From an uncultured Actinomycetota bacterium (GTDB taxonomy: Bacteria; Actinomycetota; Actinomycetes; S36-B12; UBA10799): 64,000 nucleotides of DNA. The notes beneath the pieces are model-generated. The model was given only the letters and a program-made list of their open reading frames with translations, was not told the DNA's origin and did not search any database. The translations under genes were made by a program, and so were the position numbers. Of this stretch, positions 27,938 through 37,058 are shown piece by piece. The stretch is from the NCBI GenBank assembly GCA_963732355.1, contig CAVSZD010000011.1, forward strand, positions 210,527 through 274,526, read 5' to 3'. Numbering within the stretch: position 1 is the stretch's first letter; each line of letters starts with the position of its first letter.

Positions 27938-27979
27938 GGAAGGGCCCCGCGGCGTTCATTCACGCTGCGGGGCCCTTCC
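27938..27979 (-). terminator. Hairpin between the small secreted protein gene and the ATPase gene
   Basis: ggaagggccccgcggcg / cgctgcggggcccttcc (17-bp stem with 1 mismatch, 8-nt loop), 11 nt after the stop at 27991. No U-tract. Confidence 0.4.
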
Positions 27980-27990
27980 TGCTTGGATCG

Positions 27991-28365
27991 CTATTGGACG
28001 TTGATCTTCAACCACTTGGTCTCGATGGCACCGAGGTTCTGCTCGACGACGACCTTCACCTTGCGCGCGCCGACAGCGTTCAGCACCACGTGCATGCTGC
28101 AGTCACCTGAGGCCGACACCTTCCGGTGGGCGTTGACCGAGGCGCCCTTCTCCAGCAGGGACGCCTTCGCGCCAGTCCAGTTGTTGGACTTCGTCAATTG
28201 GCACTTGATGAGGAAGGTCTCCCCTGCCATGACCGTCTTCGGTGCCTTGACCTTCGTGAAGTCCGGGTCGCTCGCAGCGTTCGCCGCGCCGGCACCAGCC
28301 ATGAGTGTTCCAGCGGTGACGGCCACTGCCGCGCTTGTCGCCATCAGCCTGCGGGTGTTGATCAT
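27991..28365 (-). CDS. Small secreted protein of unknown function
   Basis: 124-aa ORF. Signal peptide ..MAGAGAANA|ASDP. The mature ~90 aa show a beta-rich pattern with two Cys. I recognise no motif. Confidence 0.5.
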   Translation of the reverse strand: MINTRRLMATSAAVAVTAGTLMAGAGAANAASDPDFTKVKAPKTVMAGETFLIKCQLTKSNNWTGAKASLLEKGASVNAHRKVSASGDCSMHVVLNAVGARKVKVVVEQNLGAIETKWLKINVQ

Positions 28366-28562
28366 TGGTTCTCCATTCCTCCCAGAAAGGGGCTATTCCC
28401 CTTCCACGAGGCTAGGAACACAGGCAGTGCTCACACCTGTTGATTGCGCTGCGACACGCAGTGTCACTTTCTGTAGCCGGCCCTGCCGGAGCTCCAGACC
28501 CACGGACGCTGGTTGCTCAGGGCAAGGGTTAGGTTCGAACCAGCCAAATCTGGGAGACGAAT

Positions 28563-30950
28563 GTGACCGATGCTGCGGACCTCACGCTGACTGAGCAGAT
28601 CTCGCTGCTGTCCGGCAGCGATTTCTGGCACACCCAGCCTCTTCTGCGCAGGGGGGTGCCCGCAATCCTGCTCAGCGACGGCCCGCACGGGCTGCGCGTC
28701 CAGGCCACCGACAGCGATCACTTGGGTATCGGAGCGAGTCGGCCCGCCACCTGCTTCCCGACGGCTGTCACCCTGGCCAGCACGTGGAACGAAGAACTGG
28801 CGCTGCAGGTGGGTGCGGCAGTGGCGGCCGAAGCGGTCACCCAAGGCGTCTCGGTCGTTCTCGGACCCGGGTTGAACATCAAGCGGCATCCGTTGTGCGG
28901 CCGGAACTTCGAGTACTTCTCGGAGGACCCGCTGGTCAGCGGACGGATGGCGGCAGCCATGGTCCGCGGCATTCAGAGCCGCGGTGTTGCAGCCTGCCTG
29001 AAGCACTATGCGGTCAACAACCAGGAGTCCCACCGTTTCGTTGTCGACGCGGTGGTCGATGAACGGACCTTGCGCGAGCTCTACCTCGCCGGATTCGAGT
29101 ACGCCGTCGAGCATGCGAACCCACGCACGGTGATGGCCAGCTACAACCTCGTCAACGGCACGTACGCGACCGACCACCACCGCTTGCTCACCGAGATCCT
29201 GCGCGACGAGTGGGGTTTCGACGGGGTCGTGATGAGCGATTGGGGTGCGACCAACGACCGGGTCGTCGGACTGCAGGCTGGCATGGACTTGGAGATGCCC
29301 GGAAGCGGGGGTATCTCGGATGCCGACGTGATGAGCGCACTGCAGGAAGGCCGCCTGGCCACGGCCGATCTGACCCGCAGTGCTCAGCGAGTGCTGGACC
29401 TCGTTGCCGCCAGCGCCGTGCGTCCAGAACCCGCCGATCTCGAAGCGCATGACGCTCTTGCTCGTCTCGCTGGCGCCGAGGGGACGGTCTTGCTGCGCAA
29501 CGACGGACTGCTTCCCCTGACCGGTGACGAGTCCGTGGCCCTGATCGGTGCGTTCGCGCAGTCGCCGCGGTACCAGGGTGCGGGTAGTTCACAGGTCAAC
29601 GCCCTGAAGGTCACGACCGCGTGGGACGCAGCTTTGGACCGAGGGCTGGACGTGCGCTACGCGGCCGGTTACGACCCGAGCTCGTCCGAACGCGACCAGA
29701 GCCTGATCGAGGAGGCCGTGGAGGTCGCTCGGGCAGCCGACGTGGTGGTTTTGATGGTCGGCCTGCCCGGTGTGTACGAAAGCGAAGGCTTCGACCGCGA
29801 CGATCTGCGGCTTCCCCGCCAACACGACAACCTCATTGCGGCTGTGTGCGCAGCCAACCCCCGCACAATTGTGGCGTTGTCCAATGGGGCACCCGTGGCC
29901 ATGCCTTGGATCGATCAGCCCGCGGCAATCCTGGAGGCCTACCTCGGAGGACAGGCCAGCGGCGCTGCACTGTTGGACGTCGTGTTCGGAGACGCCGAGC
30001 CGGGCGGGCGACTGGCCGAGACCTTCCCGATGTTCCAGACCGATCTGGCCGCGGACCCCTACTTCCCTGGCGAGCCGCGGCAGGTCGAGTACCGCGAGGG
30101 TCTGGCAGTCGGCTACCGGCACACCACCACGGCCGGGATCGAGCCGCTGTTCGCGTTCGGGTACGGCCTGAGCTACACCGAGTTCGAGTACAGCCGCACC
30201 CGTGTCAGCAAGCGTCGGATCGGTGAAGGCCAGTCGGTCAAGGTCTCGGTCCAGGTCACGAACGTCGGCGATCGCGCAGGATCGGACGTCGTGCAGGTCT
30301 ACCTGCACGACCGGACCGGGGTAGTCGCTCGCCCGCGACGTGAGTTGCGGGGCTTCTCCAAGGTGTGGCTGGAGCCGAGTGAAACGACCACGGTCAGCAT
30401 CGAACTCGGTCCGCGGGCGTTCGCCTTCTACGACGTGGAAGGTGCGAACTGGAGCGTTCCGGCCGGGGAGTTCGACATTGAGGTCGGCCGTTCATCCGAG
30501 GACATCGTGGGCACGACCACAGTGATCCTCATCGATGGTGTGAGCGATGCGCCCGAGCCGGCCGACACCGATTTGGTCGCTGCTTCCGATGCGGCGTTTG
30601 CAGCACGTCTGGGCCGGGAGATTCCAACTCCGGTCCCGGTCGAACCGTTCACCCGGGTCAGCACGGTTGGGGAGATCCAGGGGCAGCGGTTCGGCAGGGC
30701 GATCAAGGCCGCCATGCAGCGGTTCGGAGGGATCGAGACCGACCCCGACGATCCGGCCGTGGCGCGGATGTACGAGCGGTCGCTGAACGAAATGCCACTG
30801 CGCGCGGCGGCTCTGTTCTCCCAGGGGAAGATCAACTGGACGACGTTGGATACCGTGGTGGACCTGCTCAACCGCAAGCCCGTCACCGCCGGCGTCCGGG
30901 TGGGCGCGTCGGTGTTCGGCTCGGTTCGACGGGCTCTGCCCTGGGGGTAG
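28563..30950 (+). CDS. Glycoside hydrolase family 3 beta-glucosidase (with Fn3-like C-terminal domain)
   Basis: LTLTEQISLLSGSDFWHT, LSDGPHGLR, KHYAVNNQE and VMSDWGA (nucleophile Asp region), followed by the GH3 C-terminal and Fn3-like regions. Confidence 0.9.
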   Translation: MTDAADLTLTEQISLLSGSDFWHTQPLLRRGVPAILLSDGPHGLRVQATDSDHLGIGASRPATCFPTAVTLASTWNEELALQVGAAVAAEAVTQGVSVVLGPGLNIKRHPLCGRNFEYFSEDPLVSGRMAAAMVRGIQSRGVAACLKHYAVNNQESHRFVVDAVVDERTLRELYLAGFEYAVEHANPRTVMASYNLVNGTYATDHHRLLTEILRDEWGFDGVVMSDWGATNDRVVGLQAGMDLEMPGSGGISDADVMSALQEGRLATADLTRSAQRVLDLVAASAVRPEPADLEAHDALARLAGAEGTVLLRNDGLLPLTGDESVALIGAFAQSPRYQGAGSSQVNALKVTTAWDAALDRGLDVRYAAGYDPSSSERDQSLIEEAVEVARAADVVVLMVGLPGVYESEGFDRDDLRLPRQHDNLIAAVCAANPRTIVALSNGAPVAMPWIDQPAAILEAYLGGQASGAALLDVVFGDAEPGGRLAETFPMFQTDLAADPYFPGEPRQVEYREGLAVGYRHTTTAGIEPLFAFGYGLSYTEFEYSRTRVSKRRIGEGQSVKVSVQVTNVGDRAGSDVVQVYLHDRTGVVARPRRELRGFSKVWLEPSETTTVSIELGPRAFAFYDVEGANWSVPAGEFDIEVGRSSEDIVGTTTVILIDGVSDAPEPADTDLVAASDAAFAARLGREIPTPVPVEPFTRVSTVGEIQGQRFGRAIKAAMQRFGGIETDPDDPAVARMYERSLNEMPLRAAALFSQGKINWTTLDTVVDLLNRKPVTAGVRVGASVFGSVRRALPWG

Positions 30951-30974
30951 GCGCTCGGTGGTGCCCACGCCAGA

Positions 30975-31055
30975 CACCTGCGGTTGTCGCGAAGTTTCGC
31001 CGACCCCTTGAACCCGCGTTGGCGTGTCCCGGTAACTTCGCGACAACCGCGAGGT
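30975..31055. repeat. Long inverted repeat distal to the tmRNA repeats
   Basis: Perfect 16-bp arms cggttgtcgcgaagtt (30981-30996) and aacttcgcgacaaccg (31034-31049), extendable by ~5 bp with a bulge. 37-nt loop. Confidence 0.7.
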
Positions 31056-31066
31056 CTGTGGCTTTG

Positions 31067-31288
31067 TGGAGGTGCCGGGAGCCGTCGCCGACCTCCGGCC
31101 GGCTCCTCCCGATTCCCGACAGCGCAAACCCGAACAAAGAGAAAAACCCCCAGAAGCATTGGGGGTCTTTCTCTTTGTGGAGGTGCCGGGAGCCGTCGCC
31201 GACCTCCGGCCGGCTCCTCCCGATTCCCGACAGCGCAAACCCGAACAAAGAGAAAGACCCCCAGAAGCATTGGGGGTCTTTCTCTTTG
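31067..31288. repeat. Two tandem 111-bp units, each carrying the tmRNA 3'-terminal 14 nt plus a terminator hairpin
   Basis: Units 31067-31177 and 31178-31288 differ at one base (A/G in the hairpin arm). Both start (on the + strand) with tggaggtgccggga, the same 14 nt that begin the tmRNA gene at 31289. Confidence 0.9.
31246..31288 (-). terminator. tmRNA terminator hairpin (duplicated at 31135-31177)
   Basis: 18-bp perfect stem CAAAGAGAAAGACCCCCA/TGGGGGTCTTTCTCTTTG with a 7-nt loop, directly abutting the tmRNA 3' end and followed by TTCGGGTTTG. Confidence 0.55.
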
Positions 31289-31651
31289 TGGAGGTGCCGG
31301 GAATCGAACCCGGGTCCAACGGTGCAAATCGGAGCATTCTCCGGGCGCAGTCGCTTTGTGGTGCATTCAGCCTGGCGGGTTCGTGCGACCCATCCGCCAA
31401 CACGGCCTACGTCACTGTTGGAGTCCCTCACGCCCCCGCGACCGGGGCGCTCAGCAAGCCTTCTGAATGACGCCGGGGACTACGGGGAAGGCACCCGTAG
31501 GCCGACGGACTCACGCTCGCTTAGGCAGCGAGGGCGAAGTCAGCGCGATTAGTATCGGCACTTGTGTTTTTGACGGATCGTTAATGAGATAACCGTCGTC
31601 CTCAGCCCGCTTCTCTCGTCGAAGCATCCGCTGTCGAAACCGTTCACCCCC
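31289..31651 (-). ncRNA. ssrA: tmRNA (SsrA), tag ADTNRADFALAA
   Basis: 5' GGGGGUGAACGGUUUCGACAG and 3' GGACCCGGGUUCGAUUCCCGGCACCUCCA. The acceptor stem GGGGGUG/CACCUCC has G3-U70. Tag ORF: GCC GAT ACT AAT CGC GCT GAC TTC GCC CTC GCT GCC TAA. CCA is not encoded. Confidence 0.9.
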
Positions 31652-31746
31652 TGTTGAGTTGTACTTGCACAGTACCGATGCCCTTCGACACCGGTCTACT
31701 GGGAAAACGCCACGCGGCATCCGGGTATTCCGGCCAGACTGGGGAA

Positions 31747-33198
31747 ATGGCCGTTGACGTGGATGTGATCGTGGTCGGGGCGGGCTTGTCCGGGATCGAT
31801 GCCGGCTATCGGCTGCAGACCCTTTGCCCCGAGCGCAGCTACACGATCCTGGAGGCTCGCGACGCCATCGGCGGAACCTGGGACCTCTTCCGCTACCCGG
31901 GGATCCGGTCGGATTCGGACCTGTTCACGTTCGGCTTCCAGTTCAACCCGTGGCGCGAGCCCCTGGCGCTGGCCGACGGCGCGTCCATCAAGGCCTACAT
32001 AGAGCAGACCGCCGCCGAGTTCGGGATCGATCGCCACATCCAGTTCAACTCCAAGATGGTCGCAGCCGACTTCGACACCGACCGCGCTGTGTGGACGGTG
32101 ACGATCGCCGACGGCCGCCAGCTCACCGCGCGCTTCCTATACGCCTGTTCGGGCTACTACAGCTACGAACGGGCTTACCTGCCTGACTTTCCCGGGATCG
32201 AGGACTTCCAGGGCCCGGTGGTCCATCCACAGTTCTGGCCCGAGGACCTCGACTACAAGGGCAAGCGCGTGGTCGTCATCGGATCGGGTGCGACCGCTGT
32301 GACGCTGATCCCGGCGATGGCCCCGGACGTCGAGCACATCACCATGCTGCAGCGCTCCCCCACCTGGATCAGTCCATTACCCGCCGATGACACGCTTGCC
32401 GACGTGGCACGTCGGTACCTGCCGGCGCGGGCCGCCCACAGGTTGATCCGCGCCAAGAACATCACCTTGAGCACAGCCTTCTACCAGTTCTCGCGGCGCT
32501 ACCCGGACCGTGCGGGCAAGTTCCTGCGCGGGCTGGCGGTCAAGGCCCTGGATGATCAAAGCCTCGTGGACGAGCACTTCACGCCTCGCTACAACGTGTG
32601 GGACCAGAGGGTTTGTGTGGCGCCCAACGGCGATCTGTTCGAGGTGATCAAGTCGGGCAAGGCCGATGTGGTCACCGATCAGATCGACACTTTCGTCGCA
32701 ACCGGCGTCCGGCTTGCATCGGGGCGGGTGCTCGAAGCGGACATCGTCGTCACCGCCACCGGCCTGGTCCTGCAACCCAACGGCGGTATCGCACCCACCG
32801 TCGACGGCCAACCTGTCGACATCAACGAGCAGTACGTCCTGCTGGGGGCGATGCTCACGGGGCTGCCGAATTTCGCCATCGCGGTGGGCTACACGAACGC
32901 GTCCTGGACACTGCGCGCGGATCTGACCTCGCGACTGGTGTGCAAAGTCCTCAATTGGATGAGCCGCGAAGGTTTCGACACGATCGTGCCCGAACCCCAC
33001 AAGGAACTCGACGCGAGGCCCCTGTTGGATCTGCAGGCCGGTTACATCCAACGTGCGGCCGACCAGTTGCCACGACAGGGCGCGCGGGCGCCGTGGCGGA
33101 TGCGCCAGAACTACGTCCTGGACGCGACGACCACCATGCGCACCAGTCTCGGCAAGTACCTGAAGGGGTCGAAAGCGCGAGTATCCACAACCGTGTGA
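31747..33198 (+). CDS. FAD-dependent Baeyer-Villiger-type monooxygenase (EthA-like)
   Basis: ORF 31654..33198; ATG 31747 gives MAVDVDVIVVGAGLSG. BVMO fingerprint FQGPVVHPQFWPED. Second Rossmann motif GSGATA. Confidence 0.85.
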   Translation: MAVDVDVIVVGAGLSGIDAGYRLQTLCPERSYTILEARDAIGGTWDLFRYPGIRSDSDLFTFGFQFNPWREPLALADGASIKAYIEQTAAEFGIDRHIQFNSKMVAADFDTDRAVWTVTIADGRQLTARFLYACSGYYSYERAYLPDFPGIEDFQGPVVHPQFWPEDLDYKGKRVVVIGSGATAVTLIPAMAPDVEHITMLQRSPTWISPLPADDTLADVARRYLPARAAHRLIRAKNITLSTAFYQFSRRYPDRAGKFLRGLAVKALDDQSLVDEHFTPRYNVWDQRVCVAPNGDLFEVIKSGKADVVTDQIDTFVATGVRLASGRVLEADIVVTATGLVLQPNGGIAPTVDGQPVDINEQYVLLGAMLTGLPNFAIAVGYTNASWTLRADLTSRLVCKVLNWMSREGFDTIVPEPHKELDARPLLDLQAGYIQRAADQLPRQGARAPWRMRQNYVLDATTTMRTSLGKYLKGSKARVSTTV

Positions 33199-33234
33199 AG
33201 TGCTGGCGGTTTTGTCATACCCCTGTTCGATGAT

Positions 33235-34443
33235 TTGCCTATGAGGGATTTCGGAACCGCGCCACCCGGACCGGTGGCAGACCTCGGCGATCTACTCGCC
33301 GAACTGGGGGAACTGGCCGACCTGGACCTGGCCGATGCCCTGGAAGATGCCGAATGTCTGCTTCGCCACGCACACGCAGTGCGCGCGGCCGTGGTGATGT
33401 CGGTCCAGGACCGGGTGGAGGCAATGGGATTCCGACTGTCCGGGGCAACGCAGACTGTCGCCGCGATCACTGTGACTTCCAGCCGGTCTGCGAGTCTGCT
33501 GATGGACGCCAGTACGTCGGTGTGCACGAGGCCGAAGGTCTGGACGGCGCTGGCCAACGGCCGGATCGACGCCACTCGGGCCCGGCTGATATCCGAAGCA
33601 CTCGAGGCCGTGCCGGACCCTGATCGGGAGGAGATGGAGGCCCGGGCGATCGAGTACGCGACTGAGCACACCGCGTACCAGACGCGACGGCACCTGACGA
33701 GGCTCTTGGTCGACTATCGGCCCGACCTGGCCATCGAGGAGCAGGAGAAGCAGAAGGCCAAGGCCTGGGACAAGCGGTACCTGGCCATCGAACCTCGCGA
33801 ACACGGGATGGCCGATCTGCACGGTTACCTGCCTTCGGGAACTGCCCACATCCTGCTGACCGCGTTGGACGATCTGGCCCGGACGTACGCCGACGAGCGA
33901 ACGTTGGACCAGAAGCGGGTGGATGCACTGGCAGAGATCCTGGCCAGAAACACCCGGCTGCTCGTCAATGTCGACGTGGTCATCTCCGCCGAGACACTGG
34001 CCGCTCTTCAGGAGAGCGGCGCGAGCGTGGAGGGCTTCGGGGCGGTCGACGGCGAATACGCCCGCGCCCTGGCCCTGAGCCGGGATGCACGCTGGCGACG
34101 CCTGATCACCGATCCGGTCACTGGGACTCTGACGGAGATGTCGACGAAGAGCTACCGGATCCCCGATGCGATGAAGCGCGCGGTCCGTGCTCGCGATCGT
34201 CGGTGCCGCTTTCCTGGATGCAGCACGAGTGCAAAACACACCGACACCGACCACGTCACCGCCTGGCCGGTTGGAGGCACGCAACCCTCGAACCTGGCAC
34301 CGGGTTGTCGCGGGCACCACCGGGTGAAGACCCACTCGGGATGGATGTGCCGGAACAACACTGACGGATCGATGACCTGGACCAGCCCGCTCGGAACCGA
34401 GCACACGACCTACCCGTGGAACTACAACGACCCGGAGTACTGA
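33235..34443 (+). CDS. DUF222 / HNH endonuclease (13E12-repeat-like family)
   Basis: The N-terminal region is DUF222-like. The C-terminal HNH is CRFPGCSTSAKHTDTDHVTAWPVGGTQPSNLAPGCRGHHRVKTH. Confidence 0.8.
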   Translation: MPMRDFGTAPPGPVADLGDLLAELGELADLDLADALEDAECLLRHAHAVRAAVVMSVQDRVEAMGFRLSGATQTVAAITVTSSRSASLLMDASTSVCTRPKVWTALANGRIDATRARLISEALEAVPDPDREEMEARAIEYATEHTAYQTRRHLTRLLVDYRPDLAIEEQEKQKAKAWDKRYLAIEPREHGMADLHGYLPSGTAHILLTALDDLARTYADERTLDQKRVDALAEILARNTRLLVNVDVVISAETLAALQESGASVEGFGAVDGEYARALALSRDARWRRLITDPVTGTLTEMSTKSYRIPDAMKRAVRARDRRCRFPGCSTSAKHTDTDHVTAWPVGGTQPSNLAPGCRGHHRVKTHSGWMCRNNTDGSMTWTSPLGTEHTTYPWNYNDPEY

Positions 34444-35361
34444 GCCGAGCCGAACAGGCGAGCCGGCGCGCCCCACAGCACCTCGGGCATGTCGAGGCCG
34501 GCATCAAGCAGCACCTGGACCTGGTGGGCGAACGGATAGGGGATGTTCGGGAAGTCGGATCCAAACAGGACCTTGCCCTGTGAGCAGAGGTCACGCAGGA
34601 CTGGAAGCAGGCCAGGCGGGAACGCCGCCATGCCCTGCATGAAGTCGGTCAGACCCATGGTGGTGTCCAGCCAGGTTCTCGGCCGCCGCCGCGCCATGCC
34701 CAGAAACGCCTCGAACTCCCCAGCCCCGAGATGGGCGATGATCACGTTGAGTCCGGGATGCCGGGTTAGGACCTCGCCGATCGGACCGGGGCCGGTGAAC
34801 CTGCCGGGTAGCGGGGCTGATCCGCAGTGGACCAGCACCGGCACACCGGCGTCGGCGATGAGGCCCCACACCTCTTCCAGCAGCGGGTCGCGCGGGTCGA
34901 AGTCGCCCACTTGCAGATGAAGTTTGAACAGCTGCGCGCCCCGTTCCAGGCTTGCAGCGACGTAATGCGCGGCAGTCGGATTCGGGATAGAACGTCGCAG
35001 TCGGCACACAGCCCGGCACTTGCGCTGCGAAGTCCAACGCCCACCGCGAGAGCCAGGCAGCCATGTCCGGCTTGTGTGCGTAGACCAGGGCGGTGAACCG
35101 CAGCACACCCATGCGCCGCAGGTGTGCGATGCGCTCGTCGTCGCTCCAGCGGTACTCGATCGGCCACTCCACGCCGTAGTTGCGGGGCGCCTCGTCGAAA
35201 TAACTCCATACGGCGCTCATCACCGCCGCGGGCAAGAAGTGGGTGTGGACGTCGATGACGCCCGGGATCCCGAGCTCCTGCCACAGGGCGGGAAGGTCGT
35301 CGTCAGTGAGCACTGCGCCGGGCCGCAGCCACCGCTCGCTCAGCGTCACGCTTTGCCTCAC
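34422..35361 (-). pseudogene. Amidohydrolase-2 family protein, frame broken once (~34975-34987)
   Basis: ORF 34591..35361 is good up to ..GVIDVHTHFLP...VPTATFYPE. ORF 34422..35108 is good from PTAAHYVAASLERGAQLFKLHLQVGDFDP onward. Deleting one T from CCCGAATCCGAC restores FYPEPTAAHY. The start is uncertain (GTG at 35361, 35349 or 35313); all candidates overlap the smpB 3' end. Confidence 0.7.
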
Positions 35362-35779
35362 GCGCGGCGATGTCCTGGCGTTTGTCGTGGCTCTTCTTGC
35401 CCCGGCCCAGACCGATCTCCACTTTGGCCTTGCCGTCCTTGAAGTACAGCTTCATGGGTACGAGGGTCAGACCGCTCTGCTTGGTCTTGCCGATCAGGCG
35501 GTTGATCTCGTGGGCGTGCAGGAGCAACTTGCGCGGTCGGCGGGGTTCATGGTTGGTCCACGTCCCTTGGTCGTACTCAGGGATGTGCACACCCATCAGC
35601 CAGACCTCGCCGTCGCGCACCTCGGCGTAACCGTCGACCAGGGACGCCCGGCCCGCACGCAGGGACTTCACCTCGGTGCCCTGCAGGACCAGCCCGGCCT
35701 CCCAGGTGTCCTCGATCGCATAGTCGTGGCGGGCGCGGCGGTTCATCGCGATGACCTTCTCGCCGGTTTCCTTCACCAC
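35303..35779 (-). CDS. smpB: SsrA-binding protein SmpB
   Basis: GTG 35779 (or 35776) gives [41 protein letters not shown].. It lies 1 nt after the M23 peptidase stop. The ORF-track start at 35893 is an upstream extension. Confidence 0.9.
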   Translation of the reverse strand: MVKETGEKVIAMNRRARHDYAIEDTWEAGLVLQGTEVKSLRAGRASLVDGYAEVRDGEVWLMGVHIPEYDQGTWTNHEPRRPRKLLLHAHEINRLIGKTKQSGLTLVPMKLYFKDGKAKVEIGLGRGKKSHDKRQDIAAREAKRDAERAVAAARRSAH

Positions 35780-35780
35780 A

Positions 35781-37040
35781 TCAGCACCGTACGGGAACCT
35801 TGGCCCCGCCGTACCAGCCCATCGGGTCATAGGGGGTGCCATTGACGTGCACTTCGTAGTGCAGGTGTGGGCCAGTGACCCATCCGGTGGCACCGACCCG
35901 TCCGATCAGTTGGCCCTGCTTGACCTTCTGGCCGGCCGAGACCAGCGCCGCGGACTGGTGTGCGTACATCGTGGAAATCCCGGAGCCGTGCTGGACCAGA
36001 GTGTGCAATCCATAAGGTCCGCCGTTCTCGACCGAGACGACCACACCGTCCGCTGCAGAGTAGATAGGGGCGCCCTGCCCGGCACCGATGTCCGTACCGG
36101 TGTGGCATGACCGATAGCCGTAGACGGGGTGGATTCGCGGGCCCACGTTCTGCACGACTGACGCGCCCGGAGTCGGCCAGGCCAGGCCGCCAGCACCGAT
36201 GTTGATCGGTACGCCCGCTTGTCCCTGCGATGCTTTCGCCGCAGCCGCCCGGGCGATCGCTGCGATTCTGGCCTGCTCCGCCTTGTACTGCCGGTATTGC
36301 TTCTTGACGGCGTCGCGCCTCTGCTTGGCATCGCGCAACGCAGATGCTCTAGACGCCACCAACTCGTCGATCTTGGCCTTCGCCGCGTCCGCCTTCGCCT
36401 TCGCCTGGGCGGCCTCATCCACGAGCGCCTGCGCTTCGCCCTGGGCCTGCTCCGCCTCCTGCTCCAGCGTCTTCAAGCTGGCAAGGCGCAGGTTCAGCTG
36501 GGCTTTGGCCGCGTCGAGGTCAGACAGCGTGTTGTTGTTGCCCTGGGCGATCGAACGCAGCGTCTCCATGCGGGAGGCGAAGTCGCCCGGGTCACTCGAG
36601 TCGAGCAGGATCTCGACCTCGGACATGGCCCCACCCTGGGTGTAGACCTGTCGGGCCATCAGGCCGATCCGCTGCTCGAGGAACGCGATCTGCTGCTCGG
36701 TCTCCGCGATCTCCTGCTTGGCCTGCGCGACCTTCGCGATCGCCACGGCAACCTTGCGATCGGCAGCGGCCTTGCGCTCTTGGGCCGCGGTCAACTCGGC
36801 CTGTGCCCCGGCCAACTCTTTGCGCGCTGCTGGCAACTGCTCCTGTGCGACATCGAGTTTGTCGATCGCCGCTGCGACCTTCTTGTCCGCCGAGGCCAGA
36901 TCATCGAGTGCTTCTTCGACCTGCTGATTGATGTCCTCCGCCTGCACCGGCAGGACCACCGAACCCACTCCCAGCCCAATCACCATCGACGCGGCCACGA
37001 GTCGTGCCCCACGCGATGGTCTATTGGACATTCTGGACAT
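35781..37040 (-). CDS. Coiled-coil M23 family metallopeptidase (EnvC/PcsB-like position after ftsX)
   Basis: TM/signal N-terminus, ~250 aa of Ala/Gln/Glu-rich coiled coil, and a C-terminal M23 domain with HTGTD and HLHYEV motifs. Confidence 0.85.
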   Translation of the reverse strand: MSRMSNRPSRGARLVAASMVIGLGVGSVVLPVQAEDINQQVEEALDDLASADKKVAAAIDKLDVAQEQLPAARKELAGAQAELTAAQERKAAADRKVAVAIAKVAQAKQEIAETEQQIAFLEQRIGLMARQVYTQGGAMSEVEILLDSSDPGDFASRMETLRSIAQGNNNTLSDLDAAKAQLNLRLASLKTLEQEAEQAQGEAQALVDEAAQAKAKADAAKAKIDELVASRASALRDAKQRRDAVKKQYRQYKAEQARIAAIARAAAAKASQGQAGVPINIGAGGLAWPTPGASVVQNVGPRIHPVYGYRSCHTGTDIGAGQGAPIYSAADGVVVSVENGGPYGLHTLVQHGSGISTMYAHQSAALVSAGQKVKQGQLIGRVGATGWVTGPHLHYEVHVNGTPYDPMGWYGGAKVPVRC

Positions 37041-37058
37041 GGTCCTCCAAGGGTACCT

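Noticed and set aside
31067-31288. Possible CRISPR array
   Set aside because: Only two units with a 111-bp period. The units are contiguous with no unique spacers, and there are no cas genes in the window.
30428-31466. ORFs 30428..31366, 30492..31403, 30883..31431, 30984..31466, 31019..31552 and 31066..31470, which contain internally repeated peptides
   Set aside because: The peptide repeats simply reflect translation through the 111-bp DNA repeats and the tmRNA gene. All six frames give such ORFs and none has coding character.
28563-31651. Genomic island or prophage integrated at the tmRNA 3' end
   Set aside because: The DNA flanking the duplicated tmRNA 3' fragments is a GH3 beta-glucosidase with normal composition. 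There is no integrase, excisionase or phage gene, and the duplicated fragments are 111 bp apart rather than flanking cargo.
31654-31746. ORF-track start of the monooxygenase at 31654
   Set aside because: It would begin 3 nt from the tmRNA 5' end, and the added 31 residues precede the Rossmann GxGxxG. ATG 31747 gives the standard N-terminus.
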